From Takakia lepidozioides (taxonomy: Eukaryota > Plantae > Bryophyta): a stretch of DNA of 64,000 nucleotides. The translations under genes and the position numbers were made by a program. Within the stretch, counting starts at the first letter, position 1, and each line of letters begins with the position of its first letter. Location of the stretch: NCBI GenBank assembly GCA_030704615.1, contig CM060731.1:83018001-83082000 (forward strand), read 5' to 3'. Positions 38,501-48,735 of this stretch are shown in pieces. Below the pieces are notes generated by a model. That model was given only the letters and a program-made list of their open reading frames with translations. It ran no database searches and was not told where the DNA came from.

Positions 38501-41207
38501 CTAACATCCTGCAATGCCAGGACTTGAAAGAACGGCAGCGCGTATGTACCTGTACAGAAGGCGCATTGCTGCTTTGTCCGCGTTCGGCTGGTCGGTGAAC
38601 TCGTGGCTCCGGCGAGCATCTGCTATCTCCCGAAAGAATAGGTTGGTTTTGTAGAGCAGAAAGTACCTCGTCACATAGTCACGTAGGCTCTCTGCTGCAG
38701 GAGATATCTCCATCTTGAACTGATGTGCTTGTGTGTCCAGCTGCTCTTGCGCATTCGTCGTCACCTGTGGAGATTGTCCATCAGATCGCTTTCCTCAAAA
38801 AATACAATGAATCCACCCCCTACTAGAGTACAAGCCCCAAACGAAGCGTGGGGAAGTACCTGAAACCACCATGTCATGCGGTTCATCCACATGTCGAATG
38901 TGGGGTCAGAGAGTTTGTCCGGTTTGGGGAAGCTCCACATGTCCCTGGTACTTTGGGAACCATTCCAGATTTGGAGCCACCGGGTCTGTCCAACCACCCA
39001 GCATATTCGTAAGCGCCAAACACCACAAAAAGGAGTTGTTGCCACCACAATTTGGTTAAGAATGTATCACCTTTTCTGTTGCATCCACACAGGATGTGGC
39101 TAGACGATGGAGCTTCTCCAATGTCATCGTGGGCTTCAGAGCGCGAGAGTAGTGCTTCCCCACCTCCACCAGAAAGTCGGCACCAAGGGCGGGATCAGCT
39201 ATGGCCACGTACTTTACCATCCGCGACTTGTACTTTATGCGGGCCCTCACCTCCGCAGCTTTGACATACGATTCGAGTTCCGGGAGGGTTGGATTCTTCT
39301 CCTCTGACTCCATGTAGAACCTCCGCGCATGTGCCAAATCCTGCTGTATTTTCGTCTGTCGAAAAGGCGCACATAAGATTAGAGATCCTGCTCAACACAA
39401 TTTCTTCTATTGGGGGAGGAGAGACAAATTAGCTCAACAAAACTGTGAGGAGCTTTACCCGAAATATGTAGTCCACCATGGCGTCGACGCTCAGCCTATA
39501 CCAGGTTCTGTCTGCCTTTGCCTCCGACTTGCGCAGGAGGTCGGCACTGAGGGAATTGGCAAACTCTTGCACCCCCTGCTTCCCGACATCCTTCACTCGG
39601 AAGAGCATATGGGACAAGTTCGTGGCAATGAAGGCATTCTCAGTCACCCTGCAGTGCCACATTTCCATCAAACAATACTGAAATGGGAATTTTCATCATA
39701 TATGAGGATTCGCAATGAAATGACTTCCAAATTCAAAGTCCAAAAGCGAGAGGGGTTGTAGCTTACGAGTTGATGTCGGCCATTGCAGCTTTGAGAAGAC
39801 TGCGATCTTTGGGCCCCGCAACCTTCAGCACAACACAATCGACGGCGAAATGCCAATCGAGATCGTTGGGGTGGGCTTGGGCAATGTGCTCCATCCATGC
39901 CAGGAGGCGATGATTGCCGTCCCACACGTAGAACATCTTACCGGACATGTGCTGGAAAAGAGGATCACTAGCAATCGATCTCTCGAACTCCTCATTTCGC
40001 GTTTGCCAATGGGGACCCCATTTGTCCACCTCATCGGAAGTGTGGGCACGGGAAGCTCCGTGGTCGTTCTCAATGGAAACGTAAAAGGCGGCAGACCCCA
40101 TTCGATATCCATCCCGGAAAGAGAATTTCAGCTTGTCGATATCGCCTGGCAGGGCAGGTCTCACCACCTGCAATGACACCAAGCGGCAAAGGGGAATTCG
40201 AAGCTTGGCCGGGTACACCATGCCCCCCAGCACCCTGCCAATGTTGCTGTGGGTTGCCTCCAACATCTTGGCAGCGGCCAACTTCATATCCGCCTCAGAC
40301 ATGACGTCTGCTGCAGAGGGGTTTTCCGGCAGCCCACCAGGACCGCCAAATCCAGCCTGTATGCTCCGGGTTTGGGGCCTGGGGATGTCCGGGAGGATGT
40401 CATCCTGGTCAGAAACCTCCATGTCGTCCTCCTCAACAGGGTCAGCCACCTGCGAAACAACCTCCAGCACTCTGTCGTCTCTACTGCCCTCTCCCTGGCT
40501 TCACCTCGAACTTGCACAATCCGTGCTCTTTCAGGTGTTCTTTCCTCTCCTCCACTCTCCACCGTATGGGTAATTGCGGGGGCTGCTCTTGCCCGCGATG
40601 GTCTAACCGGTGTGCTACTGCCTCTCTGTGGTGTCTTGTAGGGATCCACCGTCTCTGTGGGTCCCTCGCTTACATTGGCATCTGTCATTTGGGCACCCCT
40701 GGCCTCTTCAGCTGCCTTTTGTCTTTCCTCCTGGCTAGCATTCTGTCTCGTCTGTTCTTTTGCCCTCTCTTTTGCCCTCTCACGGGCTTTCTGTTTCTTA
40801 CTAGGGCTAGCAGCAGGGGAGCCCTCCAGGACGACCACCTTTGATTGAGGCGAACTGAAACCCTCGCGCGCACTGCTCACTCCCCCCTCCGCAGCCCGTG
40901 ACTGCTCTCTCGCCGGGGATTGCATGTGCTTAGCTTTCTTCTTTTTCTTTGCGTGGGCGGGCCCTACTGCATGTGCATGAACAACCTCCATTGCCGGATC
41001 TGCTGTCCTCATGTCCTCACGCCCTTCACCTGCCATGCCGCCTGCACCAACCTCCCCAATGCCTACTCTGTCGTAATCTCGTTGCAAGTCCTCCCGTCCA
41101 CCAACAAAAGGTTTAAGTTTGCCCTCTCGCCCCAAGTTGGGCGATTCAAACATGCGATGAGTTGGAGCTGTCGATGATACCACCAGCGTGCCGGGCTCGT
41201 CGTCACT
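35590..41207 (-). CDS. Spliced ParB/Srx-like domain plus beta-class N6-adenine/N4-cytosine DNA methyltransferase-fold protein (~1,450 aa)
   Basis: Exons 41207-39767, 39648-39459, 39340-39071, 38985-38860, 38764-38550, 37939-36815, 36726-36462, 36377-36179, 36049-35590; all eight introns are GT-AG and phase-compatible. A first exon near 41633-41555 (GC donor) or the ATG at 41153 is possible. ParB motif FYVWDGNHRL (39907-39921). MTase motifs CDMILLDIPDG (37061-37072), LLDDGGCVVV and RSPAFIQTLMETCSDVQGRILDLTCGTGASMWAGTLSDRHVFAFEPD. Acidic tail. Two 1-bp frameshifts (~40500, ~37110). Confidence 0.85.
37967..38480. repeat. Intronic array of 5 x 95-bp hairpin units centred on GGCGCC
   Basis: Units start at 37967, 38062, 38157, 38252 and 38347. 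Each is self-complementary (CTAAGTCCCT...AACTGGAAAACGGCGCCGAATTTCCAGTT...AGGGACTTAG). Confidence 0.95.
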
Positions 41208-41979
41208 CTGTCATTGACAAAAATCGTGAAAACCAACATCGGTGCAAAAAGCAGCATCGCAACGAGCAGCGCAACCACCATAGCAACAATCATGTAGCAA
41301 AAATGAAAACATAACAAGTTTAGGAAGTATGGAGAGCCATGCAACAACAATGAAAACAAATGCAACCATTGCCTAAGAATGACATGCACAAGCAGCCTTC
41401 TCCAGAGCTGCCGGATTTGCACACGCATTGCAAACAATCTAAGGTTCACTCAACTATCTAAAGTTCACTCATACAGCAAAGCCAGGATGAAGATGCAAAA
41501 AACAAAGCGAAAGCAAAAAATAAATCGAACAAACCGAAAGCAGAAGTGGCTTGCCTGAGAGTACTCGGCTTCAGTTGGCGCAGGTTGTGAGCAAGACACT
41601 GGAATCTCCTGCTGGAGCTTCAGTTTGGCCATGCGAGAGATTGGCCGTCGTCCGTAGTACAGAGCTTTCAACTTCCGCCGCGGTCTGGATGTGAGGTCTC
41701 TCTCAGGAGAGCCACGCCCTTCAGGCGGCATAAGTCCCAGCCAAAAAGATCTCCTTTTTTGGGGTACATGCCTGGAATACCATGTTAAGCCAAGTTTAGA
41801 ATGAGATTTAGGGTACGTGTCCAGGAAGCCATGCGTCGCCAGCCCAAATAATAACCGACGGCCGTCGACATTTATTGCCCAACTGCGCAATTAAATGTCG
41901 GATGAAGCCCTCCATGTCGGATGAAAATCGACGTAAACAGTCCCGGAATTTCCAACGTAGAGGTAATTCGGAGCGCTGC

Positions 41980-42440
41980 ACGATGGAATTCCGGCGCCGG
42001 ATTTCCATCCTGCAGGTAATTCGGAGCGCAGCAGGATGGAAATCCGGCGCCGAATTTCCATCCGCGGAGGAAGGGCGGCGCTGGAAATTTCCCTCATGCA
42101 GGTAATTCGGAAGCGCGCGGATGGAAATCCGGCGCCGAATTTCCATCCGCGGAGGTAGGGCGGCGGTGGAAATTTCCCTCATGCAGGTAATTCGGAAGCG
42201 CGCGGATGGAAATCCGGCGCCGAATTTCCATCCGCGGAGGTAGGGCGGCGGTGGAAATTTCCCTCATGCAGGTAATTCGGAAGCGCGCGGATGGAAATCC
42301 GGCGCCGAATTTCCATCCGCGGAGGTAGGGCGGCGGTGGAAATTTCCCTCATGCAGGTAATTCGGAAGCGCGCGGATGGAAATCCGGCGCCGAATTTCCA
42401 TCCGCGCAGGTAGGGCGGTGCGCCAAATTTCCCTCAAGCA
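41980..42440. repeat. 85-bp tandem array containing GGAAATCCGGCGCCGAATTTCC
   Basis: Near-identical units start at 42036, 42121, 42206, 42291 and 42376. Confidence 0.95.
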
Positions 42441-43320
42441 GGTAATTCGGCGCCGAATTTCCCTCCTGCAGGTAATTCGGATCCCGGATGAATGGAAATT
42501 CGGCGCCGAATTTCCATCCAGCAGGTAAGTCGAATCCCGCATAAATGGAAATTCGGCGCCGAATTTCCATCCGGCAGGTAATTCCAATACCGGATGAATG
42601 GAAATTCGGCGCCGAATTTCCATCCAGCAGGTAAGTCGAATCCCGCATAAATGGAAATTCGGCGCCGAATTTCCATCCTGCAGGTAATTCGAATCGGTGC
42701 CAAATGGATATTCGGCGCCGAATTTCCATTCGCCATGTATTTCTGAGCGTGGAATTACCTTCGTGCAGGTAATTCCCAGATGAGAATTACCTTTGTGCAG
42801 GTAATTCCAGATGAGAATTACCTTCGTGCAGGTAATTTCCAGATGAGAATTACCTTCGTGCAGGTAATTGTGGACGAAGAATTCACATCGATTGGAATTA
42901 CCTGGAGGAAGGTAATTCTCATCTGGAAATTACCTGCACGAAGGTAATTCTCATCTGGAAATTACCTGCACAAAGGTAATTTCATCTGGGAATTACCTGC
43001 ACGAAGGTAATTCCACGCTCAGAAATACATGTCGAATGGAAATTCGGCGCCGAATATCCATACGGACCCATCCGACTTACCTGCTGGATGGAAATTCGGC
43101 GCCGAATTTCCATTCATCCGGTATTCGAATTACCTGCAGGATGGAAATTCGGCGCCGAATCTCCATCCACCCGAGATTCCACTTACCTGCTGGACGGAAA
43201 TTCGGCGCCGAATCTCCATCCATCCGGGATTCCACCTACCTGCTGGATGGAAATTCGGCGCCGAATTTCCATCCATCCGGGATTCCACTTACCTGCAGGA
43301 TGCAAATTCGGCGCCGTTTT
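42440..43320. repeat. ~880-bp imperfect inverted repeat built of 53-bp and 31/32-bp palindromic units
   Basis: Arms meet at a 26-bp spacer (42870-42895). Inner units are AATTACCT-N6-AGGTAATT; outer units are GGAAATTCGGCGCCGAATTTCC every 53 bp. Confidence 0.93.
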
Positions 43321-43800
43321 CCCATCTGTGGAGTTTTTATGTCGGCCAGTTTTCGGTCTGACCCCCGACAAGACTTCCTTTGGGGGGGCCCGGATGGAAA
43401 TTCGGCGCCGAATCTCCGTCCATGGGATGTTCTCTGTCGCACACTCGCCGCCCGAGGCGACTTCATCCGGGCGTCCCTGTTCGATATTCGGTGCCGAATT
43501 TCCGTCCGGGGGTTGAAATGTGACGGCCAACTGCAGGCCACTCCCCCCTCCCCGACTGCATCCGAACCGCCCCGGATGGAAATTCGGCGCCGTTTTTCCA
43601 TCTGGGGATGTTTTTATGCCGTCCAGTTTTCGGCCTGACCCCCGACACGACTCCCTTTGGGGGGCCCGGATGGAAATTCGGCGCCGAATCTCCATCCAGG
43701 GGATGTTCTCTGTCGCACACACTCCGGCCTCTGCGCCGAGGCGACTTCATCCGGGCTTCCTCTGTTGGATATTGGGTGCCGAATTTCCATTCGGGGGTAG
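43300..43800. repeat. ~276-bp tandem duplication with GGCGCC/GGTGCC palindromes
   Basis: Cores at 43310/43404/43490 are repeated at 43586/43680/43775. Confidence 0.85.
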
Positions 43801-44093
43801 TAATGTGAGGGCACGGTGCCGGCTTCTCCCCTTCAGCCGTCATCATCCGGACGGCCCCCCACTTTCTGACTGCATACCGTTGGCAGTTATTGCGCAAAGA
43901 CCAGGGGCCGCATTCCGGAGACAAGGTTCATTAACACTCTGACTGTGGATTTTTGAGATAGTTGGCTCCCTGGATTTGGATCAGGCTTCGTCGCTCGGAC
44001 AAATCGGCATCGCATTCATTCCCATCGCTGCACCCCCTTCTACCAGGGAGCTTCCCCGCACGCCATCCTGGCAGTCTTGTGTGCACATCTCCC

Positions 44094-47000
44094 ATGGCGG
44101 AAAACCCGAGCGCTACAGTGTACTGCCCTCCTCACGAGCATAGAGCTTCATTTCCGTGCAGAGGGGACACCTGCCGGGTGATGGAGAAATATCTGTGCGT
44201 TCGATACCACCTGAAACCGGGGTCGGTTTTTTTGGAGGAGGAAAGGAAGGACTCAAACGGCCTTGTTGTCGAGAGTATTGTTGTGCTCCACGATGATTTC
44301 GGCGATGGCAGGGAATGGCGAGTTCCACCATCGGACAGCGTCATATACAGGGCTGTTGGGGACTTCATTTGCCCGCCAAATGCACCGTCTATCCTGGCGC
44401 CTTCCACGAAACAATCCGCGAATCAGAGAGTGGGTACCTCAAAGAGAGAAGTCCGCAACGAAGTAAATCCAGAGCCGAACCCATCCATGAAGACGACCGA
44501 GAACCGGGTTGTTCACAACCTGTCCGACTCAGACGAGGTCATGGAAGTTCCGAGGTCGTCCTGGAGATCAGGCAAGTCCTCAATGGACGTCAGTGGAGGA
44601 GGGAGTCATATTCCCAGCACGAGCACCGCAGTTCGATCTATTCTAGAAATTCTGCGAGGGCTTCACCTGGAGGGACACCGGTCGGAGCTGGCCGGGCTGG
44701 ACTACAGCAAGTTCGCAATTAAATCGGTTACATGCCTTCCCGCCGACGTCGACGGTAATATCTTCTTTGAGTTCCCTCCTCGGGCGGACTACTCGAGGGC
44801 GTCCGGAATGTTGACAGATATGGATAGAAAACATGACGGTCATCCTTGGTGCGTTACCAAAACCACCAGCATGAAGATGCTTGATGGTGTGCGGGTGCGC
44901 TACGTTGTTTGTGCGGGCGCGTTGCGGTGTTTCTCCCCAACTTGCTTCCACTTTAAATCCAGAGGTCACAGGAACGAGACCGATTGGACAGGCACAGCTC
45001 ACCAACCATTTCGAGCTCAGGAGAAGGTTCCGAACTCCACATTTAAGTGTGCGCATTGCAAAGAACCACCACACTGCATGTCTGTTTGTAATGCCAAGCA
45101 GTTCTATGTGTTGCACCGTTTCCCTGACCTCACCCGAGCTTGCATACACGTTGGTTCCCATTGTCACAAATTGGCGAGGGGGAACTCGCGGGAGGCTGCC
45201 CACGAAGCAGAGCAGCTCGTTCAGGAGGAGGTTAAGTTGAGACCGGGTGCCAAACCCAAACAGATACAGCTCCAAGCCGCCATAAGATGGCATTGGCCAG
45301 AATTATGTCGGAAGACGGCTCCGATAGAGTTCCTCTCGACGAGAAGGAAATGGAGGCATTGCTGGAGTCGGTGTCCCACGTATGTTCACCGAATGTCCGA
45401 AACCACATTGTCTCATGCAAACAGAAAATTGGGCGTGGCTCGGATATGCACTCCATTCTGGAGGTGAAGCGACGATGTGGATATGACTACATTCATGGAA
45501 GTAGGTTTCCAGGACAAGGGACTGAGGCAGATCGTTGTTTCGTATTCAAAATGTCCACGTGTGGACCTGGCAGTGGCGTCGAACTGGTCGACAGGATGAC
45601 GAGTGGGAACTTGTCAAACAGTTGGGTCATGTTCGACCATATCAAGCGAATTACAAATCACCAGTGGGTGACAATGGGTGCACATGTCTACGACACCCAC
45701 TGCAGGATGCTAATGACAATTGCTATTTGTGAGATGAAAGGAGAGGACACACAATCGGAGATGCTTCTTTGGCAGGGAATAAACGAACAGATGGCCAAGG
45801 CGGGATTGCCCCTCCCAATTTCCGTGGTTTCATGGCGGACAACGCACAAGCAAATTGGGCTGCCATCCGAAGGGTGTACGGGCAAGACCCCAATGTTCCC
45901 ATGGAAGGCAAGGAGAGATCTTGTGGGTTCCATTTTCTGCAGAGCCTTTCGCAGTACACAACCAGGCTCGTGGCGCCAGATTTCAGAGAGGAGCACCGTT
46001 CCATGTGCCTTGCGTGGAAGCGCGCTCCCACCTTGGATGATGCAGAGACACAGTTTGCATGCATACGGGCTTGGTGGACATCGTCAGGTGCTGTAAGGAA
46101 ATCAGACGAAGGAGCAATGGTCAGTTGGCTAGCATGGTGGCATTATCGTTTCCTCCAGTTCGGCGACTATATGCGGGAGGTGAGTTGCACGAATTCGCGT
46201 CCCGTTGGATATTATTCTTGGCCATATTTGTAACTTGCTTGTAACCTCAACATGTGCTTGTGCAGGAAATGTGTCTCGACTCCGACACCGACATGCCCAC
46301 GACAAACATGGCCGAATCAGTGCACTCTTCCTGGCGTGCCTCCTCTGCGGCGCATCTGGTGGACATCCTCACTGCCACAACGGAGGACATTGTGAGGTCA
46401 ATTATGCAGCAATGCAGGTACAACGAGTTCTTGAAAGGGAAACAGTGGGGCTTGGGGCCGGACAGGCAGGAAATGCTGATGCGGACTGCCTCCAGATCGA
46501 AGAATCCTCGGAAGTGGGCGGCGGCCTTGCGAGAGGGCCTTCGGGACACGCCATTGCTGCGAAGAGGCCAACATTTGGAAGGAGATGTTCATACCCGTCC
46601 AGTGAGACGAAGACTTGACGAGGCACCTGGCGGAGAAGAGGATTCATGGCGAGCTGACAAGAATATTCGCACGCTCCCTCGTGGTCCGGTGATGTTGTCC
46701 GAGGAGGTCTCGTCGAGCACCGGAAGTCCTGCACGTTCAAGATCGCCATCTCCTTTGAGCACAGGGCGCGTGCCCCGGCAACATAACGAGCCATCTGTAG
46801 TAAAGCAATACAACATTCCCATTGTGGAGACAAGAGTGTCGGAGTCACAGTGGAGAATTGCGAGGACATTGCCGGCATTTCGAGGGAAGTGTTGCGCCAT
46901 CCGGGTGGATACGAGAGCACGCTGTGGTGAGATGATTCGGAGGAACCCACACGGTGCTGTACCTGCACTTTGTTTCAGCGGCAGATTTTTGACTCCCACA

Positions 47001-47684
47001 TTTGCTCACGCCACAACGCAGACATTTTGGTTCTGTAGGCACGACATAATGACCTGTGTATTTGGCAAGCCCAAGTACGGGATTCAGGGAATGCCGGAGC
47101 CTCCGGGCGTCTGGCCTGTTGCACCGGGTTGCAGCCTCTCTCAGAATGAGGCGGATGCTCTATCTGCAGCAGGATTTCGAATGGTGCAACGCACAGACAT
47201 CCCGGCCCACGCATTTCCGGTTCCTCAGACCCAGCCATTGCAGACTGCTCGGTCCAGTAGAGACGGATTGGACAATTCTGCACATCCCACAATGCGATTC
47301 GGAAGAGTGAAGAGACGACACCCTCCCAACAAGTTGAATGAGACTCGGATTGCCAATGCTCTTGGGATGGCTTGCACTATTCAGAGCTCCGTGGACGTAC
47401 CCCCACCCGGCCTTGGGCGTGTGTATCGGATGGCAACGGCCGGCTCGGCTGTACGCGACGATGTATACACAATTACGATTGGAGTGGAGCCGACTTGCAA
47501 CTGTACGGACTTCTCGTTGATGGAAGCAAAGAAGGGTTCGAAGTATTATCCGTGCAAGCATCTGTATTACATTTACCTGAAGAGGTTGAGGATGAACGTG
47601 ACTATTGATGACTTTATTCATGCACCGGCGTTGAGCGTGAACGAGCTGCACAAACTCCTCCTTAGGGATTCCAGAAATCATTGA
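44094..47684 (+). CDS. MULE-type DDE transposase with N-terminal GCM/WRKY-like zinc domain and C-terminal SWIM finger (~1,170 aa)
   Basis: ATG 44094; intron 46180-46265 (GT-AG, phase 0). DGHPW...CAGALRC...CAHC...GSHCH (GCM-like); WVMFDH (D1), GFMADN (D2), SCGFH (CxxH), TTNMAESVH (E); SWIM CNCTDF...PCKH. Two 1-bp frameshifts (~45284, ~45812). Confidence 0.9.
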
Positions 47685-47837
47685 TGGGGCAAACGGAATC
47701 CTCCATATGGATATTTTCAAATGCATTTTGCTGTATCAGACTTTTTTTTTGCAGTGTAATGAAATGCACCCCAAAACTCCTGGAATGAGGCAATATTCCA
47801 TTCAAACTGAGATCCAACAGAAGCAGTTGTGGGGCCA

Positions 47838-48200
47838 TTTCTGGAAAAATGGCGCCGAATTTCTCTTTTTGGGGCCGAAAACTCGCTAAGTCCCAACATG
47901 CACTGGTACCTGTGTTTGGGAAAATGGCGCCGAATTTCTCTTTTGGGGCCGAAAACTGGCTAAGTCCCAACATGCACTGGTACCGTGTCTGGAAAAATGG
48001 CGCCGAATTTCTCTTTTTTGGGCCGAAAACTGGCTAAGTCCGAACATGCACTGGAAAAATGGCGCCGAATTACCTGTCATGAGGGGACCTATAGCCGTGG
48101 AATTCGGCACCATTTTTCGCCAGAGAGACCTATTGCCGCGAAATACGTCGCCGTTTTTTCAGGTTACGGACCCTATTACCGCGAAATTCGGCGCCATATT
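47838..48200. repeat. 73-75-bp tandem units with AAATGGCGCCGAATTT downstream of the transposase
   Basis: Cores at 47851, 47926, 47999, 48061 and 48190; shares CCGAAAA(C)TGGCTAAGTCCC with the intronic array. Confidence 0.9.
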
Positions 48201-48735
48201 TGCACATGTCGCTGGGAATTGGCATGAGCGGAAGACGAAATTTCATGAGCACAACTGTCAAAAGTGCAATTTTTCCTTCAAGGGGCCGAATAATATATAT
48301 TTTTTTCCTGACACATTGCATTAAATTATTGTTTTTTATTGTTTTTTATTTTCGAAATTTGTACTTCTGCTCATGAAAACCGATTGTGTTACTACTCTGC
48401 TCATGCCGCTCATGCCGCTCATGCCGCTCATGCTCATGAAATAGCAAACCTCGTGTTGGCTGTGATGGCTGTGTCGGGCTGTGACGAGCTGTGCTGACTG
48501 TGTCTGGCTGTGTCGGCTGTGACTGATTGTGACTTTGCAGCTGTGACGGCTATGACGGGCTGTGTTGGCTGTGACGGGCTGTGTAACCCCCTCTACAGTG
48601 CGCTGCTGTCACCCCTAGGCTCCTGTTGGTCTCAGTCTGTGCTAAAATTAAGGGTATCCTACAGATCCCGTATAAGTGTCTAAGTCCCAGACAGTCCTCT
48701 AACATTACCCCTTCCCTTCTCAAAAAGCCGTGTCC

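Larger units (their letters stand above)
35369..48452. mobile_element. 13,084-bp Mutator-like (MULE) DNA transposon with two divergent genes
   Basis: TSD GTGTTGGC (35361-35368 and 48453-48460). TIRs GGGGGCTGCTATTTCATGAGC / GAGGTTTGCTATTTCATGAGC (18/21), followed by CATGAGC(GG) subterminal repeats. The LTR sequence resumes across the insertion. Confidence 0.95.

Noticed and set aside
35590-41207. Bacterial or prophage contamination as the source of the ParB-MTase
   Set aside because: The gene has eight phase-consistent spliceosomal introns and sits inside a TSD-bounded element within a plant-type LTR.
37967-43800. Regularly spaced palindromic repeats resembling a CRISPR array
   Set aside because: The intervening sequences are themselves repeated rather than unique spacers, there are no cas genes, and the context is a eukaryotic transposon.
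41808-43942. Many overlapping ORFs with MEIRRRIS/DGNSAPNFH/WKFGAEFP repeats
   Set aside because: These are translations of the palindromic arrays in all frames and on both strands.
35369-48452. hAT classification because of the 8-bp TSD
   Set aside because: G-rich termini, the CxxH and TxNxxES motifs, and the GCM-like and SWIM domains fit Mutator-like elements; no BED finger or hAT dimerisation domain was seen.
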